Shown here: positions 33,785 through 48,854 of the stretch, one piece after another | Layout: each line of letters opens with the position of its first letter | Position numbering within the stretch: the stretch's first letter is position 1 | Notes under the pieces: model-generated | Seen by the model: the letters and a program-made list of their open reading frames with translations, nothing else | Told to the model about the DNA's origin: nothing | Database searches by the model: none | Position numbers and translations under genes: made by a program | Source: Schmidtea nova | Lineage: Eukaryota | Direction: 5' to 3' | Length of the DNA stretch: 64,000 nucleotides | Assembly: GCA_044892505.1 (NCBI GenBank) | Contig: CM097884.1 | Span: forward strand, 115,382,001 to 115,446,000

Positions 33785-35081
33785 CGTGTGCTAAAAATTC
33801 CTTGAAATCAATCATTCCATCTCTATTATTATCGAAGTCTTCTATAAATTTTTCTGTTTCTGTCGGTGCCATTTCTACATAATTTTGAGGAAATAAAAAC
33901 AATTTCAATTCATTTAATGCAAGTTTCTCATTGTGGTCACGATCAGCTAACAAAAAACTTTTCTTTTCCTAAAACAAATTGTTAGGAAAGCAGCTCAAGT
34001 ATAAAAAATACATAAATAAAATTATATTTTTCTTCTTTGTTTCTCTTTGTTTCTTCCTTTAAGTCCATTCCATAGGTTGCCTGAATAAATTCTCTCCAGG
34101 AAACACTTCCATCTTTATCTTTGTCGATTTCTTTAAGTTTTAACCGGGAATTTTCTAAATCCTGTTTCCTACACATTAAGTCAAATTAAATTCATATTTT
34201 GAGACAATTTCTGATCTACGAAAAATGTTCAAAAGAAAAAATGATTGTTATTTGAACCTTCCTAATGGTGAAGAACCGACAGACACAAGACTTACTCACA
34301 AAGGTAGTAAAATGATTAATATAAAGTAAGAGGTAATTGCTAAAATAGAAAGGACTAAGAAAGAGTTTCAGTAAAACATTTTTGCAAATACGTTTTCTCT
34401 TGTCCTAAAAAGAGACCATTCTAACAAGCTACGTTTTATTCTTTATTCTGGAAGTCTGGTAGCCAGATCACCGAAGAAAAGAAAATATTGGTGGCATATG
34501 AAAAATTGTTATAAATATCATCATAAATAAATCCAAGTCCAATCTCGTCCTTAAGGTCTGCTTCCAATTAAAATTAAAATCTCCAAAAAATATTAAATCT
34601 TTAAAAACTTAAGAAAAATGATTCTTTAAGAATACTCTTTAAATGACTTACACATAATATCGCCACCATTTTTTTCAGAAGACTAAAATGCAAAGGTATT
34701 GTTTGTTCATTCTAAATCACAATTCTAAAAGACAATCAATATGTCTTGAAAATTTCATAAAAATGGAATTAGTAAATTTTTTCGGACTTTTTTTTAGAAA
34801 AAACATAGCCAAACTTCGAATGAAAGAGTAAATAAACTTCACCTTAAAACTTCACCAATCCATTGAATTAATTCTTTCTTGTCGATTAATGCATCTTGAT
34901 TCCTATCTATTGTCTTGATTAAGATTCCAAGTCGTTTCACAGAGTCATCGGGGTCTATCTCGTGAAAAGGATCAACTAGAAGATTACCATAATTGGTTTG
35001 ATTGACGACAAAAGGATCACTGTCAGCAAAAACACTTGAAACAATCAGAAAAAGAATTTGAACACTTTCTATAACCCCCAT
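33785..35081 (-). CDS. CREC-family (calumenin/reticulocalbin-like) secreted EF-hand protein, first three exons
   Basis: Signal-like N-terminus; EF-hands DRNQDALIDKKE, DKDKDGSVSWRE, DRDHNEKLALNE, DNNRDGMIDFKE; phase-compatible GT-AG introns, including a 42-nt one. The 3' exons were not resolved. Confidence 0.85.
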
Positions 35082-35683
35082 AACAAACAAAGTTGGAAAG
35101 ATAAAATTTCAATAAATTTACATTTTTATATGCTGATGACTGTCAAAAAAATTACATAAATCATATTTTTTCTGTATACAATGTGATTTAACTGCTTCGC
35201 ATAAAATATTAATTGTGGATTTAATTCGGTTCTTTTCGGATTTTGTGTCAGTAATGTTATTCATATTTTATGTATTTATTTAGGTAAATTATTCAGAACA
35301 AAATATGGGCAAAGATTTTGTAACAATATAATTAAATTAAAAATTTAATTTTTAAAATAATTTTTAATATTTATCTAGGATTATAAATTAAAAAAAATAA
35401 AGGAACATGAAAACGAAATTCTCAACAATATAAAGAAATAAATGCTGTTTTGTTGAAAAATAGAATTTCTTGTTGGGGTTAAACATAATCGTACAAAATT
35501 AAATAGAAATGGAAAATGTGCAAAATTAATTAAACATTAATTAAAATTGCAAAAAGGGTAAAAATCAACATTTTCTAGGGGAAAGTGGTAGTCGATGGTA
35601 AATTATAAGTTGAAAACGAAAGAAAATAATTTTAAATTAATTGGGAGTTCCTGGAATTGATTGATCTGTTTAATCATCTTAGT

Positions 35684-38361
35684 CAGCGGTTCCCAAACTG
35701 TCGTGTGCGAACCAGTGGTGTTACGCAAACAGGTGATAGGTGATTCACCAAAACATTTTAGAATTCTTTAATTTAAATCTTTTTTTATTTACCAAATTAG
35801 CATTTAATAGGATTTTTATCGATTGAAAAAGAGAAAGCCTTGTAATAAAATGTAATTTAATTTTTAATTAACTAATTTAATTCAAATAATCAGATATTTT
35901 CAAAATTTCAAGCAAACATTTGTTTTGCGTTAGTATTGTTGTATCTACTCTGCTGTGAAGTTCATCATCAATTAAAAAATCCTCAGCCATTTAACACAAA
36001 CAAAACTAAAAATGGAGAAATGAATAATTTCGAGCTCTTTGAAAAGGAAGAAATGTGATTCTGAAGATATTGAAGGTGATTTAGGACTTAAAGATCATGA
36101 TGATATCAATTGCAATGAAAGAATAAAAAAGATACTACTACAAAAAGGTACTATGAAGACTATTTATCACTAGGATTCATTGTGTGTGAAGACCAAACCA
36201 AACCCCAATGTGTTATTTGTTATGAAAAGTTAGCAAACAGCTCATTAAAACCTTCTCTTCTTAGACGTCATTTGGAAACTTGACATGGTCATTTAAAAGA
36301 TAAACCAATTAGATTTTTCCAAAGAAGGAAATGTGATATGAAAACTGAAGTTAAATCAGTGATGTCTTTTACAGGAATTAATGTAAGATTATTATAAGCT
36401 TCATATGTTGCAAGTTTAAGAATAGCTCAAACTGGAAAATCTTACAGAATTGTCAAAAAATTGATACTCCCAGCTGCTAAAAAATGGTTTCATGTATTCT
36501 TGGAGAAGAAGCAGCCAAAAACCGAATGTTATTTCTTTATTAAACAACATAGTCTGTCGACGAATTCAAGAAATGACAGAACAGATTAAAGAGACACTTG
36601 TGAACAATGTCAAAAAGAGAAAATTCATTTCACTTCAATTAGATGAGAGCACAAATGTGACCAATTTCGCTTAGCATATGACTTATATTAGGTATGAAGT
36701 TGAAGAATCAATTGAGGAAGAGTTCCTGTTCTGTGAACCACTCTTAAGTCCACAACAAATGAAATATTTAAAAAATAGATGATTTTGTGGTTACTAATGA
36801 CATCAATTGGAAAAATTGTGTTGGTGTTTGTGCTGATGGTGCTTTGACAATGACAGGATGACAAAGTGGTGTCACCACAAAGATGCAAGAAATGACACCT
36901 GAAGTAAAATTCACACATTGCAATAAACACCATGAAGCATTAGCTGCAAAATTAATGCCCCTCAATTTCAAAACAGTGGTCAATTTTATAATATCAAGAG
37001 CTCTGAAATCCCGAATGCTTACAATTTTGTGCAATGAAATGGGTAGTGAACACAATAAGCTCTTTTTACACAGTTCGTTGATTGTCACGTTGAAAGGTGT
37101 TAGCCCGACCTTTTGAGTTGTGCTCAGATGTTCAGATATTTCTCTCAGACTCAAAATATAAACACTCTAATTGTTTTCTGAAAGAATTGTTGCTAGAAAA
37201 GTTGGCATATTTAGATGATATTTTTGGACGCCTTAAAGACTTAAATTCCAGCTTACAGGCATCAAACATAACTCCTTTTGTAGTTATGGACAAAGTGAAT
37301 GCTATAGCAAAGAAATAAAAATTCATTTTGAAAGATTTGGAACAAAACAGAACTGATGCATTTCCATCTCTATAAAGAGTTTTTGTCAGAGAAGAATTTG
37401 TTATTACAATCTGATTTGATTTCAGATATAAAGCAACACTGATTCAGAATTTTAAAAAATACTTTCCAGAAAACTTCTCAAGTAAAAGCTGGACCAGAAA
37501 CCCATTTTCAACTGAAGAAATTGACTATTTGTCAACTGACAGAAAAGGAAGAATATTTTGAATTGTCATGTGACGGGGGACTCCAAAATGAATTCAAGAA
37601 AGAAAAGTTAAGCAATTTTTGGCTCAAAATAAGAAATGATTATGTGTTAACCTATACAGGACCATAAAAAAACACTTTCAAGATATCATTAGTTCAGCCC
37701 GCTAATGTTTTGGTTTTGATGCAATAAAGTTTGACAGATCTTTTTTTTATTCGTTCAGAAACACATTTGCCGCCTTGGACATACGTTTTATTTTGACATT
37801 CAGTAAATAAATATCGATTCAATAATAATTCAACAATCGATAACGATTTTTGAAAAAGGGAAAATATTTCCCTTCTACAAAAATCTTTGAAAAATCTTTG
37901 AAAGTTTTGATGCCTTTCAGTATATCATACTGCGTACATCACTTGCGTGAAACTGGATTCTTTGCAATGTTGAACATCAAAAACAAATACCGAACTAAAC
38001 TTGAACTTGAGTCTAATCTACGCCTTAAAATAAGCAAATTTTACCAAATGTAAAAACATTGTGTGCATTGAAACAAGCACATCCATCCCACTAACAACAA
38101 TTTTATATTCCAATCATTGTTTCTGTCATTTTCAAATTTTCAAATTTTAAATACAGCTCTATTTAAAAAATGCTTTTTTCTGCTTTTAGTTTAAAAAATT
38201 AAGCTTTTATTGCAAAGGTTGCCTTGTATGACATTTAAGTACACAGATGAACAATTCACATCTTTTACAACGAACTTTTAGGCAAAGAAAAAATAGATGG
38301 TTCGACAATTTTTCTTTGGTCATTAGATGGTACGTGAGCAAAAAAAGATTAAGAAACCCTG
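35684..38361 (+). mobile_element. Decayed hAT transposon, Charlie/Buster type
   Basis: TIR-like CAGCGGTTCCCAAAC / CAGGGTTTCTTAATC; flanks ATCTTAGT / ATCTAATT; transposase fragments PQCVIC...LKPSLLRRHLET, SLQLDEST, HCNKHHEALAAK, KLAYLDDIF, KNKYR. Confidence 0.88.
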
Positions 38362-38987
38362 ATCTAATTATTCTTATCGATCACTGTGAAAGGATTGTCA
38401 GTTGTCAGATTGGACACGACGAGAAATTGCTTGTCGAAACGAAAGAAAATGAAAATGAATGTGGAAAATGAAAAATGAAAAATGGGTGTTAGAAAATAAA
38501 TAATTTGCCCAGTTTTCTTATTACTTCCACAGTGATTTGATGGGAGTCATTTTAGTATGTAAAATTAACTGATTTCAATCAAATTCGCCAGTTGGTCGAA
38601 GATAGCAATGAACTAAACGAGTTTTATATATGTGTAGCTTAATCGTCAATCAGATTTTGCTATATCAAGTGGATTATCTACCCTGCATGAAAATTTGAAT
38701 CAAAACTATGAATAGAATTTGTTACTTGTCAGATAAAGTTTTAATTTGATGGGTCTATGTTATTATCTAAAGGATACAAGGAGTCAGAACCAAATCGATT
38801 CCTACCGAAACTCCATTAAACTAAACTTTCTATGTTAAATTGCAAATACATTTTTAAATGATGAATTTTTTTATATTCTTGTACATGTGATGTAAAGTGT
38901 GATATTAACAGTAAGTTGAATTTAGGAAAGAATGAATGTATATAACATAGTCTTGTCTGTACAATCTCAAAAATGTTTCATCTAACG

Positions 38988-39332
38988 CAGCGTTTCCCAA
39001 AGTGTGTTCCGCGGAACCCTGGGGTTCTGTGGACTGATAGCAGGGATTCCGCGAACTTTTTGTAAATAAATAACTTATAAAAAAAGATTTATAAATAAAG
39101 ATTAATAAATAATTCTCGATTTTATTCGATCCAATTTAAAATTCTTTTTCAATTTTATTGATATTGCCTTCAAAAATGCATTTCCATTCTATTTCATATG
39201 TGCCAATTCCATTTCATTCACTATATAAAAACTAGATCTGGCAACATTTGCATTTGATTTTTGTAAATAGGGTTCCGTCAAAAATTTGAAATCAAAAAGG
39301 GTGCCGCGGTGAAAAAAACTTGGAAAACGCTG
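38988..39332. mobile_element. 345-bp hAT MITE (Charlie/Buster TIRs)
   Basis: TIRs CAGCGTTTCCCAA / CAGCGTTTTCCAA; perfect 8-bp TSD ATCTAACG at 38980-38987 and 39333-39340. Confidence 0.93.
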
Positions 39333-40899
39333 ATCTAACGGCATTGTTTGTGAGAAAACTTTGAATCACGCACTTAAGTGCAGCAGTAGTCAGCAAGTAA
39401 TATAGGTGAAGATTTTTTTACATAACTATTTTCTATCTTACTAATTTCTTTTTTTGAAATCCCTCATCATATACATCACACATATTTTCAAGGAAAGAAT
39501 TAAAGTAAGAACTCATGAAGTTTGAGTGACACATTGCAACGTAGGATTTCTTAATTTTTAGCATATTCTTGATCAGAGATTAAAAACTTTCAGTTTTATG
39601 CAGTTCACGAAAACAATTTCAAACCTTTCGAAAAGACAGCTATGCTACTTTTTAAACTGGAGTCAGAGTATATTCAAAATACAAATTGAGAAGCAACTTC
39701 CTCAACTGTAGTCCGACAAGTATAATTTTGACTTAAAAGCGTTCAGTGCAACAAGTTGTTGAGTTTATTTTATAAAATGTTTGGTAGAAAGCTTTTTTTC
39801 TGATTCCATATGCTCTTTAATAATCAGTTAAATCCTATGCTAATGGAAGAAAGTCATTATCCTTATGTACAATGCATAGGTCAACATGTGCCTTTAGCGT
39901 CTGTGTCTAATTCTTCAAGGATGTAATCAGGTTTCTTTGGTACTGGAATTTAATCTGAGTGTGGTATTGGACGAGAAACAAATTGAATATTTGAATATAA
40001 TATATTTCCTGTTCAAATAGTAGTAGAAGAAAGATTAACGCAACAAAGAATTAAAAAATGAATAAACTAATTAAAAGTTAATTGGCTAATGGAAAACCAG
40101 AGTAGCGTGGGAAGCCCGCATGATCAGCGAGACAGTGTAATTATCTCCGGGAAATTGAATTCAAACGAAACCCAAAAAACACAATTGATGGAAAAGCAAT
40201 AAACAGTTTTATTATAATGAATTAGATTAAGAAGTAGTCAACTTGAGAGGCACCCGCCAGACAACATAATCAGATAAGAAAAATAATAAAAAATATTTTG
40301 CAGCAAAGGATTATTTTTTATCTATTTATTTATTTAATACTTAATGCTGCTACCAAGGAATTACCATTTTATAAAAGTCTTAAAAGTTACATTTTAAGTT
40401 ATTTTTCCTTATCCTAGAAGATATTTTTCAAAATTTTAGTAAGTAGTGACGGACATGATGTGCAGCGACACTTGGGCGACATTAGACAACGAGTTGTTGA
40501 AGATTCAGAAGAATCTGGTGGGGTTTGTGAAAAATCAAATGATGTTAAATAAAAAATATTGTTTAAAAAATATTGTGAATTTTGGAATAAAAATAAATTT
40601 TGAAAACGTATTATTTATGTAAATATTTTTTTGCTATTAGTCGATTGATGTTTGTTATATTTTGTATTCATCTGAATTTATAACTAATTTTACACAAATA
40701 TTTATTCACAGGTAAACAATTTATCAATTAATTTTTTGTGAAAAAGAAAAATATTAGCAAAGGAAATGCGACAAGACAACCTCGAAATTTGTATTATATT
40801 TTACACAGTTCAATAAAACAAATAAATCATAAAAATCTTCATATTAATAGATATTCAAACGAAAATAAAAATATTTACACTTGCAAAATATGAGGTCAA

Positions 40900-41327
40900 T
40901 TAAACGGACGTTTCTGAATTGAATTTTATGAGAAATTTCTGAGATTCATGATCGATGGTGTCCTCACTTAGTGAAAACATTGGCACATGGTGAACTGTGC
41001 ACATCAATGATACACTTTCCCGTTTTAGCATGAATGTCAGCTTATTAGTCAGGCCCCTACAAAGAGAGACTCTGCAATATATCGTCCAATTTTGTCCGTT
41101 AATGTTTTCAGCAGTCTCTAACACCTTCGGAGTTGAAATAAAACTTTCAAGGAATGCTTGTGCAGACATTCCATATTGGAGACACTTGACCAAATGGTTG
41201 TGGATCCTCGATTTGGGAAACTGAATTTGCAATCTAGCTAATCTTAGATATTTTTGAAAAGGTTTCGCTAGCTGCGCTAAGACGTTTTGAGCTGCTTCAA
41301 CATTTGTCAAAACTTTAATTGAAGCGT
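40900..41327 (-). CDS. VANGL: Vang/Strabismus-like planar cell polarity protein, last exon
   Basis: EAAQNVL...QKYLR...AFLE...FLIKFNSETSV* matches the Vangl C-terminus with its ETSV PDZ-binding motif. Confidence 0.93.
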
Positions 41328-41328
41328 C

Positions 41329-41377
<49 letters not shown>

Positions 41378-42855
41378 CAAAATATATTACTACTATTATA
41401 TGTACGTCCGTAAATTTTATATTTTATTATTTTTCAGCTTTTTCTATGCTGTATTAAAATATAATCTACTGATTATTTATAATTAGTAAATTTTATAAAA
41501 ATAAATGTTTATTATTAATTTTTTTTAAATATAACAACATTTACAATTACCCTTGTACGTACTTCCTTACGTCTATGATTTTTGTATTTTATTATTTTTA
41601 AGATAAAATAAAAGAGATATTTTGATTAAATTTTTATGATCTATGAGAGATATAAAATTTAAATTGTGTCAGAAAATCACGTTATTTTTCAACGGTTGCG
41701 TCTAATAATAATTCTAAATAAATATAAATAAGACCAATTTTAGTCACAATTACATTCAAAATTTTTGCCATTTTATTAAAAATTATATAATAATAATTAG
41801 TGTGAGGTGTTAATATAAAAATTTGATAAAATATGTCTAATAAATATTGATTTAAAAATAAGATTATAAAATTTGATTAAATCCTATTAATTGACAATGC
41901 GTTGTTTTCAATCATATTGATATTTATGAATATGAGAGTGTGAGAATTTTGAGTGCGCGTGTTTACTTGAATTTTTTCTATTTAAGTAAATGAACTGATT
42001 TGATTGTTGACGATTTTTATTTTCTTCTTTTGATATTTATTCTATACTCGTTTAATTTTTCAAATGTCATGGCGAAATGCGACATACTTTGTAGAAGACT
42101 GACCGTATTTTCTGTACTCGAGTGTTAGAGAATTTTCAATTGATAATTATGAACTTCGTTTTCAATCATATTTTTGTTTATAAATATGGGAATATTTTTA
42201 AAGATTCTTTAAAATAATATTTTTTTAAAAAAAGAGAATCTTATTTTTTAAGATTAATTTATTTAAATTAAAAATAATTTTATCGTTTACAATTTTTGGC
42301 TATTATAAAAAATTCCTAATATACATTTTATTTAAAAATTATGATTAATTTGTTTGAAAATCTATTTATTTGATTTAAATTCGAATGGAAGATTGAAAAG
42401 CATCTGATGATGAGAATAAAGTTCTCTAAATATATTGTACAAAATATATATTTGGATTGTCGTTTGTTGTTAATTATTTTAGTGTCATGTTTGTTATCAG
42501 AGGTTTCAAATATTTTTAAGATGGCATACCTGTTAGCAGATCATGATACGTTGGCATACAATAGGCAAATAAAGATGGTAAAACGAGTCCCAAAGAAAAT
42601 TTCATAAATTCTTAAGTAATGAACTTTGTCTCGTCACTTGTACCTATAAACCGATTATTATTTTGAGTTTACTGCGTTTAATGCTCAACACTCAGATTAT
42701 TCAGCTAACACTTGATTTATTGATATATATATACATATAAGCATTATTTTAGACAATATTGCTTTTGTAAGAAGTGGAAAACGTCATAATAATTATTATT
42801 CAAAACAGTTCATTTATTACAAATATTTGGTGAAGAAATTAAAGAAGAATTACGA

Positions 42856-43062
42856 TTTCGAATTTCCGATCTCCAATTTCGGATTTCAAATTTCCAATTC
42901 CCAACTTCCAATTCTTAATTTAGCAATTTGCAGTTTATAATTTCCAACCCACAATGTTGCAATTTACAATTTCAAATTTCTAATCCCCAATTTCGCAATT
43001 TGCAGTCTACAATTTCCGACTTCCCATTTTTGCAATTTGCAATTGTCAATTTGCAATTTCCC
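42856..43062. repeat. Degenerate ~7-bp period repeat (CAATTTC/G-like)
   Basis: Recurrent AATTTCC/AATTTGC units. Confidence 0.7.
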
Positions 43063-43605
43063 CCTATATTGCTAAAAGAAATTTTACTAAGGCTATTTTT
43101 CTAAAAGAAAAGAAGTCTCGTCCGAATTGATAAACATTACCACCTATATTACAAAATAAATTTTTCGTGGTTTTTTTGTTTAGATTTGAATAATTAAAAA
43201 AAAATAAAACTTTTGTAATAGCATAGTTAGTTCTGTTATTTTATAGTTATTATTTTATTGTTATTACGCACTCACACCAATACACAGCAAGCACCCCGAG
43301 TGTCCCAACTTAAATCGAAGACTCTCTCGGGCCCTTCAAATATTCTTCTCTTGAACATAAAATTACATAATAAATAACATTTTCTTCAAACATTAACAAA
43401 CATTAACAAATGTTAACAACATTACATAAAGTTAACAACATACACACTCGCCGTTTTTTCTCAACCGTTAACGCCTTCAGTATACCTATTATAGAGGTAT
43501 AAGGATTAACGTCACTTTTAGCCGAACACAGTAGGCTATATCCTTCAGTCAATCTCATTTTTTTCACATAAAAAGCAACAGAACAAACAACAACAATACA
43601 ATTAA

Positions 43606-46600
43606 ATGGCATCGAACCAAGCAAACCCAAACACTTCACAAACACCCACGGAGAACGAAAATGCACAATCCCAACACCAAAACAACAATTATTATTACAA
43701 CCCCGAAAACACACACACCATAAACTCTGTAATTAACCCGAAACCTAACCTACCAAACTACTTTACCGATGAAAACGGCACTCCACAAAAATGGCTGGAA
43801 TTTGCCAAATTAGCACTAACGCTTTCCGGAGTTAAATCAACAAAGTCCCTATGCTCTAACATCATAGCAGCACTCCTTAGCAACAAATTAAACGAAATCG
43901 CGGATTAAATTGAAAAAATTTCTAAGGATGACGACCCCTTTAACAAACTGTGCAACATCCTTAAGAACAAAAATAAAATAAACAGACGGCAAATGCTTGA
44001 ATCTTGCCTCAACAACACCCAGTTAGGGGAAAACAAACCCACTGATTTCCTCAGGCAATTAAAGCAAAAATGAGAATATCTCCAACCTAAGATCACAAAT
44101 TCAGGCTCCAACGAACTAGTAAAAAATCTTTCTTGCGAGCAATGCCACCAGAAATCACTGTCCTCATTCTGGCAGCCAGCAATAACGCCGACGTTGAAAC
44201 ACTTGCCGATATAGCGGATAAGATCAACGAAGAAATTTATCCGACTATATGCAGCACCCAAAACTACAACAAAAACAAAACTAACTACAATAATCAACCA
44301 AACAACAAATATAACGAAACAAATGACAACATGAAACAACTACTAAACACCCTTATCGGCGAATTCAACGAAATCATAGTCGAAAACAAACAAATAAAAA
44401 CTGAACTAGCCGAAATAAAAGAACGATGTAACAAAAAAATTTTTAACTCAAACCAATCAAACGATAGTTACTACAGATACAACTACAACAGAGACCACCC
44501 ATCAGACGGTTAAAACAGACAAAGCTACAATCAACCTCCAGAATACAACAGACAAAACTACAGCCGCAGTCAATCACCAAACAACAATTACAGAAATCGG
44601 TCAAACTCCCCAAATCGAGGCAACAATTACCGAAACAAAAGCCCAGAAAGAGATCCAAGAAATAATTACTTAAACAAAAACCTCTGCTATTTTCACAACA
44701 AATTCGGGATAAAGCATTCAAATGCGTACAACCCTGCGAAATAATTAAAACAGAGCAAGGAAACCAATAAGGTCACCAATGATAGCACCTACATCAGGTG
44801 ACAAAAATAACACATTTTAAGTGCACACAAACAACATAGATTTTTTAATAGACACCGGCTCGGTGATTTCATTACTGCCCAATTCCATGTATAAAAGTGC
44901 CAACAAAACAGAAAAACCAATAACAGCAGCTAACGGCACAAACATAAAACTTTCGGGCAACAAACAATAAATTTAAACATAAATAAAAAAAAACTACAAC
45001 TGGACATTCACCATAGCTGAGGTCCAACAAGCAATAATAGAAGCAGACTTCTTAACAAATTACAACCTCCTAGTGGATTGTAAAAACAAACAAATAATAG
45101 AAAATACTAATACTACAACACCACAGCACAACACTAGCAATGGAGGAAAACAAAAAATAGACATTGGTGTTATACAGATGGATCCAATAAACTACAAATC
45201 AAAACAAAAACTGAATCATGAACCAGAAATAAATAAACTACTGGGAAAATTCGAAAAACTCATCGAACCAGTAACCTTCGACAAAAACGCGGATCACTCA
45301 ACCGAACATGCAATTTTAACAAACGGAAACCCAGTGCATAAAAAGGTGAGACAACTAGATCCACAAAAATCAAAAATTACAAACAAAATTTTCAAGGAGT
45401 TACTAGAAAACAAAATAGTAACTCACTCCAACTCCGATTGGTCCTCCTCACTCGTGCTCAAACAAAAGACAAAGAGGAATGGAGAGCTTGTGGTGACTAC
45501 CGAATGCTCAACAAAATCACAGAACCAGACAACTACCCACTGCCTATCATCAGAGACATAATAAACAGACTAAAAGGTGCAAGACTATTCTCAAAAATAG
45601 ATTTACAGAAGGCTTATCATCAAATACCCACCTGGAACGAAGACATTAAAAAAACAGCAATCGTAACACCTATCGGCATGTTCGAATACAACAGAATACC
45701 ATTTGGCTTGTGAAACGCAGCTGCAACATTTCAACGATTTATGGACAAGACGCTGAAAAATAACCAGAACACTATAGCTTATTTGGACGACATCCTCATA
45801 GCAAGTCCAAACAAAACCATTCATTTAAAAGACATCGAAAAGTTGTTTGAAACGCTGAACTCAGCAAATCTCAAAATAAACATTCAAAAATGCGAATTCT
45901 TGAAAAAGGAAATTAATTTTCTTGGACACACACTAGATGAAAAAGGCACAAAGCCAATAGACAAGAAAATAAGTACAATACAAGAGTTTAAATTGCCAAA
46001 CACAAACAGAGAGTTAAGACGATTTTTGGGAATGGTAAACTTTTACCATGCTTACATCCCAAACTGCAGCGAACTGTTAGCTCCATTAAACGACCTGATC
46101 AAAACAAGAAGAAATATTAAAATAAACTGGACCGAACAAACAACCAAACAGTTTGAAAAAGCAAAAACAAGCTTATCTCAAGCAACACTACTCGGATATC
46201 CAAATCCAGAACTAGACTACAACCTAGCAACAGACTGCTCTGGATATGCAATGGGCGCAACCTTATATCAAGATAACGAATACGGCAAACAACCAATCGG
46301 GTTTTTCTCAAAAAAACTAAAAATACATCAAACACGGTACTCAACTTTCGATCGAGAACTACTCGTGATACATGAAGCCATCAAACACTTCCAGCACCTA
46401 CTGGAAGCAAGAAACTTCAAAATCTATACGGACCACAAACCGTTAACAAACGCGATACAAATGAAAAACCCATCACCACGGCAAATAAGACAATTAAATT
46501 ATATATCAAAATTTAATTGCACAATTAATTATATAGCCGGAGTCGCAAAGATTGCAGCAGATACCCTTTCAAGAATAGGAACAGATATAAATGCACTCGA

Positions 46601-48300
46601 ATTTGACGAGCTGATTGAAAATGAACAAATCAAAAACAAACAATCAGAAACCTTAAAAGAGCTACCAATAAAATACAGTCTGTAACTAGAGAAAAGAAGT
46701 GACCTCTGGTACGATGTCAGCAACGAAACTACACCAAGAATTCTTTTACCAAAAAAGTTTAGAAAAATGTGTATGTCAAAAATACATGATATCAGTCATC
46801 CAGGAAGTAGAGCCTCCTATGAAATAATCCACAACAAATTCATATGGCCAAACATGAGGAAAGAAATCAAAGATTTCGTCAAAACATGCAAAAAGTGTCA
46901 AATCAGCAAAATATCAAAAAAACCAAAAGAACAAAAAGTAAACCTTCCAAGCAGTCATCCTTTCGAGATGATTCACATCGACATAGTAGGACCGTTGCCA
47001 CCGAACAACGGGTACAACTACTTATTAACAATCATCGACAGAATGACAAACTGGTTCGAAATTGTCCCATTATAAGAAATATCCGCACAGAATATATGTA
47101 ACAACACCGAGCTAAATTGGATAGCTCGCTACGGGCAACCCAAAATACTAATAACAGATCAAGGGAGACAATTCGAATCAGAAATATTCAGCGCACTATG
47201 TAAAAAATATGAAATTAAATGGAATAGAACAACAGCCTACAACCCACAAGCAAATGGAAAAGTCGAAAGACTGCATAGAACGCTTAAACAAAGCATCCGA
47301 ACCAGAGTAAACGACAAAAATTGGTTGTCCGAACTACCGACAATTTTACTAGGATTAAGAAACACACCAAACTCGATCGACATATGAGAGTCCTTCGTAC
47401 AAAGTCTTCGGCAGAGAAGCAAATCTCCCAACTCTTAAAAACAATACAGCAGAAAACGCAGAAACAAACAAACAGCCAACCAACTCAAACAACGAAAAAG
47501 TAGAAAAGAAATTAAAAGGAATCCTAAAAAAGAGAACGAACTCTGAAATGGACGGAAAAGCAGTCCTAACATCGGACTAAGTCTTAATTAAAAAGCCCTT
47601 CACTAAAGGTTTCGAACCAAAATACGAAGGCCCATTCAAACTGCTAGAAATTCCCAAAAATGTGGCAAAAATAATAAAAGACAACATCAAAATAAGAATC
47701 AATCTAAGACGAATAAAACCGTATCACAACAATCAAAACATCTCAAACCACCCCACAAAAGAAAAAGCACCGACACAAACAAAACACAACCAAACCACAA
47801 ACACATCTCATTCAACTCCAAAAACTCAATAAAACTGTTCGACAAGAACACAATAATCACACCCCTATACAAAAAACGATATAGCGAATGCCTCAAGTAA
47901 AAAAGCACAAACATACACAAGCAAAACACAGGCACAACATAGCTAATTGTACAGTTTTTATTTTTCTATGTAAATATGCAACTTTTTGAGTTAAATTGTA
48001 ATTAAACAAAACATAACAAAAACAAAACAAAACAAAACAGAAAAAAAGGTTTCAAGTTACTGTTATCGTTAAAATGTAAATTCTGTGTGACCTGTTAGTG
48101 TGATTCTGTGAGTGTTTTTCTTTTTCGTTCCTATGTTAACGTCAGGTTTTAAAGGGGGAAGTTGTGTGGTGAACCCAACTGCTAGGTATGACGATTTGTT
48201 TTTATTATTAGTGTTTTTATTATCGATGGAACTGAGCCCTGTTGTCGTAATTCGGTTGAATTTATTATTATTATTATTGCTAAATAAGGATACGGTTTCC
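43606..48300 (+). mobile_element. Decayed Ty3/Gypsy element, CsRn1-like (gag, PR, RT, RNase H, IN) in the Vangl intron
   Basis: Gag CHCC-type knuckle LCYFHNKFG..AFKCVQPC; FLIDTGS; RT YLDDILI; RNase H TDCS...FFSKKL...YSTFDRELL; IN IHIDIVGPLP; PPT-like AAAGGGGGAAG at 48151-48161. Stops and frameshifts are present; no 5' LTR was found. Confidence 0.9.
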
Positions 48301-48854
48301 ATTCAATTAAAATAGAATTAGATTGACAACGTATATTTTGTTTTCTAAACTTTATTTCTTCTTATTGATTTTCTAAATTTGTCAATTTGGCTTACTATAG
48401 CATTTGCTATAGTAAGCCAAATTCGAATTTCAAAATTGAAAATTTTAAAATTAATTTTAACATTAAACGAAAATAATAATTAAAAATAAAAACACCAATG
48501 AAATTGCCCTTATTATACAGGGATGGGGGGGATCCAAACTATATATAGTTTATCTATAAAACGATTAAACACCAATATCTCGTTTTACGACCTAGTTACG
48601 GTCCTAGAAAATTTACTGTAAAGCGAATTGCCGTAAAAACAAAGCAATGAAAACAACATATTGGTTGTTTTTCATTTGTTCATAAGTATTTGGTTTGTTT
48701 AATTATTTGTCTTTTGATGGCAATATATCGCACATTTTTGTGCTGTAAATAAAATCTGAGAGGCCCTATAACAAGGTATGAGTATATCAAACTTCTTAAA
48801 CTCTCATTCTCTCTTTAAAAACCCAAACTATTTAAAAACTGTGCTTTCTCTAAC

